From an uncultured Collinsella sp. (GTDB lineage: Bacteria > Actinomycetota > Coriobacteriia > Coriobacteriales > Coriobacteriaceae): a stretch of DNA of 59,440 nucleotides. The stretch's first letter is position 1, and the number at the start of each line of letters is the position of its first letter. The DNA is taken from contig CABQHZ010000001.1 in assembly GCA_902464175.1 (NCBI GenBank), forward strand, positions 1 through 59,440. Direction: 5' to 3'. Under the pieces are notes generated by a model that saw nothing but the letters and a program-made list of their open reading frames with translations, ran no database searches and was not told the origin of the DNA. The translations under genes were made by a program, and so were the position numbers. This document shows positions 1 through 8,607 of this stretch, in pieces.

Positions 1-1006
1 ACATAAAGGTCACGTCGCCCTCGGGGTGGACCACGATGTCGTTATCGAGTGCCTGGGTAAAGTCGAGCAGGGGCTCGAGCACCTCGTAGTCGACCTTGAT
101 GAGCTTGAGCGCCTTGTCTGCGGCCTCCTCGGTCTCGGCGGCGACGATCGCCACCTCTTCGTTTTGGTAACGGACGAGGTTCTCGAGGATCAAGCGGTCG
201 TAGGGGCTCGGCTGCGGATAGCTCTGACCGGCGATGGTAAAGCGGCGCTTGGGCACGTCCTCATAGGTGTAAACGCCCACCACGCCGGGCACCTTCAGGG
301 CGCGCGACGTGTCGATGGAGCGGATCTTGGCGCGGGCGTACGGGCTGCGCTTGAGCTTAACGATGAGCACACCGGCGGGCACCATATCGCCCGTGTAGAC
401 GGGACGGCCCTCGAGCAGCGCCTTCGAGTCCTTCTTGGGCTGCTTATGGGTGATCTGCTTGTACGAGACACCGTCGCAGCTGGTGTCGTTGACCGGCAGT
501 TCGGGCATCTCGAAGCCCACCTGCACGCCGGACTCGTTGAGGAAGCGCACGATGGCGCGCAGCTGGCTCTCGTAGCCGCTGCAACGGCAGAGGTTGCCGG
601 CGAGCTGGCGCGAGAGCTCCTCGCGCGTAGCGACGAGGCTCGGGTCCTCCTTGGAGGCGCGGGCAAGCGCCAGTACGTTCATGATGAGGCCGGGGGCGCA
701 AAAACCGCACTGCTCGGCGCCTTCGGCAGCCATCGCACGGGCCAGCGCCTCGGACTCGGCCTTGAGGCCCTCGAGCGTGGTGATGGAGCGGCCCTCGACG
801 CGCGCGGCGGGAACCGAGCAGCTCAGCACCGGGTCGCCGTCGAGCCACACCGTGCACAGGCCGCAGTTGGTGGTCTCGCAGGCGCAGCGCACCGACGCGC
901 AGCCCTGCTCGCGCAGCAGCGCAAACAGCATGGTATCGGGGGCAATCTGAACCTTGACCTTGCGACCGTTGAGCGTAAAGGAAAGATCGATGAGTTTGGC
1001 AGCCAT
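1..1006 (-). CDS. Xanthine dehydrogenase-family molybdenum hydroxylase, fused 2x[2Fe-2S] + molybdopterin-binding subunit (XdhD/YgfN-like); 3' end runs off the window
   Basis: Not in the ORF track. Manual translation from ATG at 1006 (overlapping the upstream TAA) gives MAAKLIDLSFTLNGRKV...VRCACETTNCGLCTVWLDG...LSC...EQCGFCAPG...GNLCRCSGY (2Fe-2S motifs), then GRPVYTGD...KRSPYARAKIRSID (Mo-subunit N-terminus). Confidence 0.85.
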   Translation of the reverse strand, partial: MAAKLIDLSFTLNGRKVKVQIAPDTMLFALLREQGCASVRCACETTNCGLCTVWLDGDPVLSCSVPAARVEGRSITTLEGLKAESEALARAMAAEGAEQCGFCAPGLIMNVLALARASKEDPSLVATREELSRQLAGNLCRCSGYESQLRAIVRFLNESGVQVGFEMPELPVNDTSCDGVSYKQITHKQPKKDSKALLEGRPVYTGDMVPAGVLIVKLKRSPYARAKIRSIDTSRALKVPGVVGVYTYEDVPKRRFTIAGQSYPQPSPYDRLILENLVRYQNEEVAIVAAETEEAADKALKLIKVDYEVLEPLLDFTQALDNDIVVHPEGDVTFM

Positions 1007-1920
1007 TATCGCACCTCGCTAGAATCGACGCCGGGCACGCGGCGGCAGGAATACTCGTCCGTGGCGAACTTGGGGATCTGCACGGTCTCGAGCTCGCGGG
1101 CAAGCGCGGCAGAAAGCTCGATGCCGGCGGCACGGCGCACGGCCTGGATGGCGAGCGGGGCCGAGATGCGGCGGCGGTAGTCGGCCGAGCCCCACAGGTT
1201 GGTTCCGTAGCTCAGGGCACGCACGGATGCAGCAAGGGCGCGAAGCTCGTCCTCGGAAGGCTGCTCGTTGGTAAGGCCGCACGCCACGCCCTGCAGCAGG
1301 GTCGCGCGCAGCGGGCGGGCGCCCACGGTGACGTGCCAAGTGTTGTTCCACCAGGCGGCGGTGACGTTCAACGAGGGGAAGTCGGTCGCGGCCTTGCGCA
1401 CGGCCTCGTAGCTCGCACGGTAATCGTGTTTAACGACCACGATGTGCTCGATCACGTCGCGCACGTAACCCATCCGCACGAACTCGGCGAGCGGCACGCG
1501 GCCGGCGCCCGTCAGCTCAACATACGAATCGAGCGCCAGGAACGCCGAGAGAACGTCCGAGAAGCCAAAGCGGCCGTAGATGCTGCCGCCCACCGTGGCG
1601 GTATTGCGCAGCTGCACGCCCACGATGTCGTGGACGGCGAACTCGAAGACATTGTTGACAAGCGCGTTGAGCCCGGCATGACGCTCGAGCTGGCGCAGGG
1701 TGCACATGGCACCGATGCGAAACTCGGTCTCGGTCTCCTCGATCTGATCGAGTCCGCAGGCCGAAAGGTCAATCGCCGTCGCCACGCGACGCGAACCCAG
1801 ACGCATCCAGATGCCGCCGCCCACAATCTTGTTGTTGCGGTTCTTCTGCAAGAGCTCATAGGCTTCGACCGCGTTTCCAACACGGACGTAGGTACCGAAC
1901 TTGAGCACGTTCTCCCCCAT
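1006..1920 (-). CDS. FAD-binding subunit of xanthine dehydrogenase family (YgfM/XdhB-like)
   Basis: Motifs IVGGGIW, IGAMCTL, QLRNTATVGGS, SADYRR. Translationally coupled (TAATG) to the Mo subunit. Confidence 0.88.
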   Translation of the reverse strand: MGENVLKFGTYVRVGNAVEAYELLQKNRNNKIVGGGIWMRLGSRRVATAIDLSACGLDQIEETETEFRIGAMCTLRQLERHAGLNALVNNVFEFAVHDIVGVQLRNTATVGGSIYGRFGFSDVLSAFLALDSYVELTGAGRVPLAEFVRMGYVRDVIEHIVVVKHDYRASYEAVRKAATDFPSLNVTAAWWNNTWHVTVGARPLRATLLQGVACGLTNEQPSEDELRALAASVRALSYGTNLWGSADYRRRISAPLAIQAVRRAAGIELSAALARELETVQIPKFATDEYSCRRVPGVDSSEVR

Positions 1921-2002
1921 CTCTTCACTTGTCCAGTACTTTTAAGTGTACCAAACGAGGGGCCGCACGCCATTGCAGGACAAAATCCACCCACCCATCC
2001 AT

Positions 2003-2071
2003 AACTTGCGGTGAAATACGGACTGTTTGTCGGGCTTAGGGCGCCCAACAGTCCGTATTTCACCGCAACTT
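2003..2071. mobile_element. Putative MITE/REP-like palindrome: perfect long inverted repeat flanked by AACTT direct repeats
   Basis: TTGCGGTGAAATACGGACTGTT (2006-2027) is the exact reverse complement of 2047-2068. AACTT occurs at 2003-2007 and 2067-2071. Confidence 0.5.
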
Positions 2072-2131
2072 AAGGGGCGGCCGGCAGAGGGCCGAGGGAA
2101 ATGATCCGTTTTCCTCCGTCGCATGCGGATC

Positions 2132-2163
2132 AAAAAAGGCTCCCGGCGTTGAGCCGAGAGCCT
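2132..2163 (-). terminator. Rho-independent terminator of gdhA
   Basis: Minus strand AGGCTCTCGGC-TCAAC-GCCGGGAGCC-TTTTTT just downstream of the gdhA stop. Confidence 0.8.
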
Positions 2164-2188
2164 CATTACATGCTATGTCAGGCAGGGT

Positions 2189-3544
2189 TTAGCAGACGCC
2201 CTGGGCGAGCATGGCGTCGGCGACCTTCAGGAAGCCGGCGATGTTGGCGCCCATGACGAAGTTGCCCTCCTCGCCGTACTCCTTGGCGGTGTCGTCCACG
2301 TTGTGGAACATGCCGCGCATGAGCTGCTCGAGCTTGCCGTCGACCTCCTCGAAGGTCCAGGACAGGTGCTCGGCGTTCTGGCTCATCTCCAGGCCGGACA
2401 CGAGCACGCCGCCGGCGTTCGCAGCCTTGCCGGGCATAAAGGCGACGCCGTTCTCCTGGAAGTAGGTCGTGGCCTCGATGGTCGTGGGCATGTTCGCGCC
2501 CTCGCCGACCACCTTGCAGCCGTTGGCGACGAGCGCTTGGGCGTCCTCGAGCAGCAGCGTGTTCTCGCGAGCGCAGGGCAGCGCGATGTCGCAGGGCAGC
2601 TGCCACACGCCGCGGCCGTCGCCCTCGTGCCACACGGCGTTGGGCTTCTCGTCGACGTACATAGCGAGCGTAACGCCCTTGTCGTGGCCGGAGCGCTTCT
2701 TGTTGTAGACGTGCTCGAGCACGGTGTAGTCGATGCCGTCGGGATCCTCGACCCAGCCGTGAGTATCGGAGCAGGCCAGCACCTTGCCGCCGAGCTGAGC
2801 GACCTTCTGGACCGCGTAGATAGCGACGTTACCGGAGCCGTGAACGACGACGTTCTTGCCCTCGAAGGAGTCGCCACGGCTCTTGAGGTACTCGTCCACA
2901 AAGTAGACCAGGCCGTAGCCGGTGGCCTCGGTACGGGCGAGCGAGCCGCCAAAGGAGAGGCCCTTGCCGGTAAGGACACCGGTCCACTCGTTGGTCAGGC
3001 GCTTGTACTGACCGAACATGTAGGCAACCTCGCGGCCGCCAACGCCCAGGTCGCCGGCAGGAACGTCGGTGTTGGGGCCAATGTGGCGATAGAGCTCGGT
3101 CATGAAGGACTGGCAGAAGTGCATGATCTCGTTGTTGGACTTGCCCTTGGGGTCAAAGTCGGAGCCGCCCTTGCCGCCGCCCATGGGAAGGGTGGTCAGG
3201 CTGTTCTTGAGGATCTGCTCCAGGCCCAGGAACTTGAGCATACCCAGGGTGACCGTCGGGTTAAAGCGCAGGCCGCCCTTGTAGGGTCCAATGGCAGAGT
3301 TGAACTCGACGCGGTAACCGCGGTTGACCTGAACCTTGCCCTGGTCGTCGACCCAGGGAACACGGAACATAACGATTCGCTCGGGCTCGACGAGGCGCTC
3401 AAGCAGGGCGGCCTCCTCGTACTCGGGGTGGGCGTCGAGCGCCGGCTGGATGGTGCCGAGGATCTCGGTCGCGGCCTGGATGAACTCAGGCTGCTCGGGA
3501 TAGCGGGCCTTGAGCTCGTCGAGAACTTTCTGCGTGTAGCTCAT
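2189..3544 (-). CDS. gdhA: NADP-specific glutamate dehydrogenase
   Basis: Motifs GPYKGGLRF, LPMGGGKGGSDFDPK, DVPAGDLGVG, RTEATGYG, GSGNVA, EGANMP, KAANAGGV. SD GGAGG. Confidence 0.97.
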   Translation of the reverse strand: MSYTQKVLDELKARYPEQPEFIQAATEILGTIQPALDAHPEYEEAALLERLVEPERIVMFRVPWVDDQGKVQVNRGYRVEFNSAIGPYKGGLRFNPTVTLGMLKFLGLEQILKNSLTTLPMGGGKGGSDFDPKGKSNNEIMHFCQSFMTELYRHIGPNTDVPAGDLGVGGREVAYMFGQYKRLTNEWTGVLTGKGLSFGGSLARTEATGYGLVYFVDEYLKSRGDSFEGKNVVVHGSGNVAIYAVQKVAQLGGKVLACSDTHGWVEDPDGIDYTVLEHVYNKKRSGHDKGVTLAMYVDEKPNAVWHEGDGRGVWQLPCDIALPCARENTLLLEDAQALVANGCKVVGEGANMPTTIEATTYFQENGVAFMPGKAANAGGVLVSGLEMSQNAEHLSWTFEEVDGKLEQLMRGMFHNVDDTAKEYGEEGNFVMGANIAGFLKVADAMLAQGVC

Positions 3545-3801
3545 GCTTCCTCCAATGATGGGAAACGAAAAGTGTCGGTCGCGGCACCCTGTGCGCCGCG
3601 AACTTTATCGTGTATGGATAATATCGCACTGTTGCGGGAAAGTTTCGCATAAGCAGACGAGCAGATGTTTCGTTTTGATTACGATGCAGGTAGAGGCGTT
3701 TTTGAGTGCCTGACGTGCAAAACCCGTGTTTCAAACCTGTTTCGTCCACGTGTTCCAAACCACCACAAAAGGGCCTGTCCCCAATGTGGTGGTGTTGGTG
3801 G

Positions 3802-4197
3802 TTAAAGGACGAGCTGATGGTAGTCGGCGGGAGTTATGCGGCCTTCGGTGGCGGCACGGAATGCGGCGAGCGCATCGCCCGAGAACGGCATGGCCCAGCA
3901 CAGCCCGCAGCCGGCGGTAATGGAGCCGGGCAATGGCATAATGCGTCCGGGCACGCCGGCATCCAGGCACAGCTGCTCGCATTCCATCACATCGAACGTG
4001 CTGTCGAACGATACGATGATCTTGCGTTCGTGGTCGAGGACATCACCGGACGGGCCTTCGCGGTGTGCCTCACGATACGCCGCGGCGGTCGCTTCCTCTT
4101 CCGCGGTATGCCCGCAGCCTCCGCAGCCGCAGGTACAGGGTTCGGACCCGTCGCAAGTGCAAGGTTCTCCCGTGTCGGGACAAATATCGTGAGACAT
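3802..4197 (-). CDS. DUF3343-family protein (putative Se/S carrier) with Cys-rich N-terminal extension
   Basis: C-terminal IVSFDSTFDVM...GRIMPLPGSITAGCGL matches the DUF3343 pattern. Start moved to ATG 4197 (SD GGGAG). Confidence 0.75.
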   Translation of the reverse strand: MSHDICPDTGEPCTCDGSEPCTCGCGGCGHTAEEEATAAAYREAHREGPSGDVLDHERKIIVSFDSTFDVMECEQLCLDAGVPGRIMPLPGSITAGCGLCWAMPFSGDALAAFRAATEGRITPADYHQLVL

Positions 4198-4212
4198 GGC
4201 AACTCCCATCGT

Positions 4213-4845
4213 CTAGGCAAGCAACTCGGCCGCCGCAAACTCCTCGGGCGTATTGACGTTCTCGAAGCAGAGCGTCGAGCCCGCGGCCTTAACGATCTGC
4301 GGCTCATCCATATAACCAGCCTGAACGCGATTGATCAGGCAGCGAATGCGTTGGCGGTCACAGGCGAGCATCTCTTGGGCAACCGGCGCGCACGCGTCAC
4401 GGCGCCAGACAGCGCAAAGCGGCTCAATCCCCCGCTCCTCGCGCGGCACGCACACATCGAGCGCCTCGGCCTCAACACGATCGGCAAGCGCGCCGATGAG
4501 TTCCGGCGAGACAAACGGCATATCGCAGGCAACGATCGCTACGAGCGGCAATCGGGCCGCGGCCAACGAGCTCGCGATGCCGCGCATGGCGCCGGCGGGA
4601 CCGTCGACGTCCATGACTACGCGGGGGCGCAGGCCATCAAACATAAGCTTCTCAAGGTAGGCCAGCTCGCTGGGACGCGAAGTCGTCACGACCAACTCGC
4701 CGGCAACTGGCGCCAGCCGACCCAGCACGCGCTCGATGAGCGGCTCGCCGCAAAACGCCATGCGCGCCTTATCGCAGCCCATGCGCGAGGACAGCCCGCC
4801 CGCCTGGACGACACAAGAAAGATCGGCACGTCTTACGGTAGTCAT
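4213..4845 (-). CDS. mobA: Molybdenum cofactor guanylyltransferase
   Basis: AGGLSSRMGCDKA, GAMRGI, VACDMPF, EPLCAVW, NVNTPEE. True start ATG 4845 with SD GGAGGTG; the ORF-track extension overlaps tRNA-Sec. Confidence 0.92.
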   Translation of the reverse strand: MTTVRRADLSCVVQAGGLSSRMGCDKARMAFCGEPLIERVLGRLAPVAGELVVTTSRPSELAYLEKLMFDGLRPRVVMDVDGPAGAMRGIASSLAAARLPLVAIVACDMPFVSPELIGALADRVEAEALDVCVPREERGIEPLCAVWRRDACAPVAQEMLACDRQRIRCLINRVQAGYMDEPQIVKAAGSTLCFENVNTPEEFAAAELLA

Positions 4846-4999
4846 ACGGCAAAACACCTCCATCGGCATGCTCGAAACCCGGTGCACGAAGCTAAATACA
4901 GCCGCCAAAATAGCGGCGCTACAAAAAGCTCGTGCAAAAACAAAACAGCGCCTTTGCGGCACGCAGCAAGACCGCGAGCACAAAAGCGCTGGTAGCGTA

Positions 5000-5096
5000 T
5001 GGCGGGAACGTATGTGAATCGAACACATCCAAGACGTTTTGCACGCCTCGCAACGGTTTTGAGGACCGCGGAGCCCACCGGAGCCCATCCGTTCCC
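5000..5096 (-). tRNA. selC: tRNA-Sec (anticodon UCA), 97 nt
   Basis: GGGAACGG AT GGGCTC CGGT GGGCTC C GCGGT CCTCAAA ACCGT TG CGAGGCGT GCAAA ACGTCTTG G ATGTG TTCGATT CACAT ACGTTCCC G CCA. 6-bp D-stem with 4-nt loop, long variable arm, G73, encoded CCA; directly downstream of selB. Confidence 0.93.
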
Positions 5097-5132
5097 AAGT
5101 GCGCCGGTATTTTACCAAACCGAGCAACCAAC

Positions 5133-7100
5133 CTAGCGCAGGGAGCGCAGGCCGCCGGCTTCCTTGTCGAGCACCGTAAAGCGCACGGCATCCAAGTGCT
5201 CCAAGATGCTGATGGCACGCTTGCGCGACACACCCAGGGCTTCGCGCAACACACTCGTGGTGGCAGCGCCACCGGCTGCCTCAATGGCGGCGGCAACGAG
5301 CTCGCGCGCATGGGCCTCGGCGGCAGCGGACAGGGCAACGTCGCGCTCGATCTTCACGATGGAACGGTTGAGCGAAAGCTCGCGCAGGGCACGCGTCATG
5401 GTGTCGCGATCGAGCTGCAACTGCTCGCCCACCTCGGGCAACGTCGGCGCATCGAGGCCAGCTTCGTCCAGCAAGGAAACGATGCGCTCGCAAGCCTCTC
5501 GCACCACGCGTGCCGCCGCGGTGGCCGAATGCGGATCGAATACCTCGGCGCCCTCGGCGGCGCACACGCCGCGCGAGCAGCCCTCGTAAACCAGGGCCGC
5601 GGCAACGCCTTCATCAGCGGCAGGCCACGCAGCATGGGCAACGGCGCCGGGCGTAAAGCCTGTCTCCTTGGGAGCCGCCGCGTGCATGGCTGACAGGGTC
5701 GCCGCCAGTGCATCCATCGCGGCGTCGAGCACCACGGCGTCCGCCAAGAGGTCCGCATCACCCACGGCAAGCTTGCGAACGGAGCCCTGCGCCACCAACC
5801 CGCGCAGTGCGGCATCGACCTCGCCTACACCAAGATCCAAAGCCTCGGCAACATCAATCGCCGTAACCGGCAGCGTCTGCAGCGCCAGCCAAGCGCCCAC
5901 ACCGCCCGCGATATCGCCGGACTCGAGCGCCGCGTACAGCACGCGTTCCCCCTCAGTAAGTTCGCGCGAGCGGCGGCATCGCGACAACAGCACGCGCCCT
6001 CCACCAATAAGCATGACCGGCGAATAGGACAGCACCACGGCATGGTCGCCGGCGCGCAGCGGCAGCGGTTCCTCCAAGCGTACCTGCACCACTCGCGTCT
6101 CTCCCACCGCCATGGGGGCCTCGCCCTCCAAAAGCATGATGCGACCGACAACCTCGGCCGTACCCGCCATCACATGCACGCGCGCGCCCGACTCGAGCAC
6201 GCGCGGCTTGGCACCCTCGCGGCCCAGGTAAGTGAACACCATCATAAAGCGCATCGTCTGGCCAAAGCGACCCTGCACGCCGAGCATCTCTCCGCGATCG
6301 AGCGCGGCGACGGCATCGCCCACCAAGTTGAGCGCCACACGCTGACCGGGCAATGCCCGCGGCGTATCGCCATGCACCTGAATCCCGCGCACGCGACAGG
6401 TCGTGCGCGACGGCAAAGCCATCAGCTCATCGCCCACCGCGACGGGCGCATCGTGCAACGTTCCCGTCACCACGGTACCGGCGCCCTTGATCGTAAAGCA
6501 GCGGTCGATGGGCAGACGCGGTGCGGCATCGGTGATCTCGGCACGGGCACGGCAGACACCCCAGCAAGCGGCAACCTGCTCGTCGAGCGAAGCCAGCAGG
6601 TCATCGATTCCCGCGCCGGTCTTGGACGAAACGGGCACGATCGGCGCGTCCGCAAACACGGTACCCGACAAAAAGTCATCGACATCGAGCTCGGCAAGCT
6701 CAGTCATCCCTGCGTCGGCCAGGTCGCACATCGTTAGCGCGACCACCATGTGTGTGACGCCCAGCAGCTCCAGCACATGCACGTGCTCGCGGGTCTGCGG
6801 CATCACGCCCTCGACGGCCGATACCACCAACACGGCAACGTCGATGCCCGTGGCACCCTGCACCATGGCGCGCAGGTAATGCGCGTGGCCCGGCACGTCG
6901 ACCAGGCCCACGATCTTGCCACTCGGCAGCGCCAGCTCACCAAAGCCAAGCTCCACGGTCATGCCGCGACGGCGCTCAACCTCCAGACGGTCGGGGTTTT
7001 TACCCGTCAGCGCCTCGATGAGCGCCGACTTACCGTGGTCGACATGTCCCGCCGTACCTACGATAACGGGACACTCCACCAGTGCTTGAACCTCACTCAT
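5133..7100 (-). CDS. selB: Selenocysteine-specific elongation factor
   Basis: GTAGHVDHGKS, RGMTVELGF, DVPGH, PIDRCF, GQRVALN, C-terminal winged-helix GVSRKRAISILEHLD. Overlaps the selA stop. Confidence 0.96.
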   Translation of the reverse strand: MSEVQALVECPVIVGTAGHVDHGKSALIEALTGKNPDRLEVERRRGMTVELGFGELALPSGKIVGLVDVPGHAHYLRAMVQGATGIDVAVLVVSAVEGVMPQTREHVHVLELLGVTHMVVALTMCDLADAGMTELAELDVDDFLSGTVFADAPIVPVSSKTGAGIDDLLASLDEQVAACWGVCRARAEITDAAPRLPIDRCFTIKGAGTVVTGTLHDAPVAVGDELMALPSRTTCRVRGIQVHGDTPRALPGQRVALNLVGDAVAALDRGEMLGVQGRFGQTMRFMMVFTYLGREGAKPRVLESGARVHVMAGTAEVVGRIMLLEGEAPMAVGETRVVQVRLEEPLPLRAGDHAVVLSYSPVMLIGGGRVLLSRCRRSRELTEGERVLYAALESGDIAGGVGAWLALQTLPVTAIDVAEALDLGVGEVDAALRGLVAQGSVRKLAVGDADLLADAVVLDAAMDALAATLSAMHAAAPKETGFTPGAVAHAAWPAADEGVAAALVYEGCSRGVCAAEGAEVFDPHSATAAARVVREACERIVSLLDEAGLDAPTLPEVGEQLQLDRDTMTRALRELSLNRSIVKIERDVALSAAAEAHARELVAAAIEAAGGAATTSVLREALGVSRKRAISILEHLDAVRFTVLDKEAGGLRSLR

Positions 7101-8554
7101 CGAGCAATCGCCTTCTCAACACACGCGACGAGCGTCGATGCCGCCGTCTCGATATCGCGGTCGCCCACGAGCGTGCGCACATCAAACAGAATGCGGTCGT
7201 GCGAAGTGCGCGTGACGACCGGCGTATCGAAGTCTTGGACGAGCGAGCGTTTGAGCGCGTCGATGGACAGGTGCTCGTCAACAAGACGCACGGCAACGCA
7301 CATCGTCGGCAGCTCAACGGTAGGCAGCGAGCCGCCACCGGGGGTCGACGATTCCTCGACGATCTCCACCTGAACGGCGCACGGGCAACCGGCCTTATCG
7401 AGCCCGTCAACCATACGATCGCGCAGCTTGCGGGCACGTCGCTCCAAATGAGCCTGCGGCAGCGTAAGCATGCTGAGCACCGGAATATCGCGATGGGCCA
7501 CGTCGGCGCCGTCCATGTAGATGCGCAGCGTAGCCTCGAGCGCCGTGAGCGCCAACTTGCCCGGGCGCAGGGCGCGCATAAGCGGATGCGACCCACAGGC
7601 CTGGACCAGATCGCGACGGCCCATGATAATGCCCGCCTGTGCGGCACCGAGCAATTTATCGCCCGAGCACGACACCAGATCGAGCCCTGCCGAAACCGAA
7701 GTGGGCGTAGTCTCCTCGCCGCCGCGCACCAGGATATCGTCAGGCAACAGCGCCCCCGAACCCTGGTCTTCATAGAACAGCAGACCGTGCTTATGGGCCA
7801 GCGCGGCGAGCTCCTTTGAGCTCACTTCCTCGTGAAAACCCTCGATGCGATAGTTGGAAGGATGGACCTTGAGAATCATGGCCGTTTCGGGCGTAATGGC
7901 GCGCTCGTAGTCGCCCAGATGTGTGCGGTTGGTAGCGCCGACCTCGACGAGTTTGGCACCCGAAGCCGCCATGACATCGGGGATACGGAAGCTGCCGCCG
8001 ATCTCGACAAGCTCGCCGCGGCTGACGATGACCTCTTTGCCCGCGGCATGAGTCGCCAGCACCAGCAGCACCGCGGCGGCGTTGTTGTTGACCACGAGCG
8101 CGTCCTCGGCACCGGTAAGCGAGCGGATCAGCTGCGCGGCATGCTCCTTGCGCGACCCGCGCGAGCAGGTGTCCACGCTGTACTCGAGCGTGCTGTAGCC
8201 GCGCGCAACCTCGGCCACGGCCTTTGCCGCCGACTCCGCGAGCGGGGCGCGGCCCAGATTGGTATGGATGACCACACCCGTGGCGTTGACGGCAGGACGC
8301 AGGCTCGGCAGCGCGGATCGATGCGCACGCCACTCGATGGCCGAGGCCAGCTCGCGCTTGGAACGCGGGGCGGCACCGGCGCGAATCGCGGCGCGCTCCT
8401 CGTCGAGCTCGGCCGTCACGGCAGCATGGACCACCGCATCGCAGGTCTCCCCCGCCGCCTTCACCACCGGCCACTCGGCAAGTAGCTCGTTGACGGAAGG
8501 AATAGCGCGCAGGCGGGCGCGTACCTCATCGGACATGTTCTGGCTATCGCTCAT
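7097..8554 (-). CDS. selA: L-seryl-tRNA(Sec) selenium transferase
   Basis: NATGVVIHTNLGRAPL, VNNNAAAV, SRGELVEIGGSFRIPDVM, KVHPSNY, PLP lysine in SGDKLLG. Confidence 0.97.
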   Translation of the reverse strand: MSDSQNMSDEVRARLRAIPSVNELLAEWPVVKAAGETCDAVVHAAVTAELDEERAAIRAGAAPRSKRELASAIEWRAHRSALPSLRPAVNATGVVIHTNLGRAPLAESAAKAVAEVARGYSTLEYSVDTCSRGSRKEHAAQLIRSLTGAEDALVVNNNAAAVLLVLATHAAGKEVIVSRGELVEIGGSFRIPDVMAASGAKLVEVGATNRTHLGDYERAITPETAMILKVHPSNYRIEGFHEEVSSKELAALAHKHGLLFYEDQGSGALLPDDILVRGGEETTPTSVSAGLDLVSCSGDKLLGAAQAGIIMGRRDLVQACGSHPLMRALRPGKLALTALEATLRIYMDGADVAHRDIPVLSMLTLPQAHLERRARKLRDRMVDGLDKAGCPCAVQVEIVEESSTPGGGSLPTVELPTMCVAVRLVDEHLSIDALKRSLVQDFDTPVVTRTSHDRILFDVRTLVGDRDIETAASTLVACVEKAIAR

Positions 8555-8607
8555 GTGCGGCCTTTCAAAACAAACGCGGATCAGTCGAATACATCGGCTG
8601 AGTCAAA

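Noticed and set aside
3759..3793. Short inverted repeat (ACCACCACA/TGTGGTGGT) after the DUF3343 gene
   Set aside because: Single copy in the window; cannot distinguish a terminator from a REP-like repeat.
5058..5064. Reading the tRNA as Glu (CUC)
   Set aside because: The 7-nt loop is centred on UCA, and the D-arm, variable arm, G73 and position after selB are all tRNA-Sec features.
4846..5127. N-terminal extension of mobA in the ORF track
   Set aside because: It overlaps tRNA-Sec; the real start with SD is at 4845.
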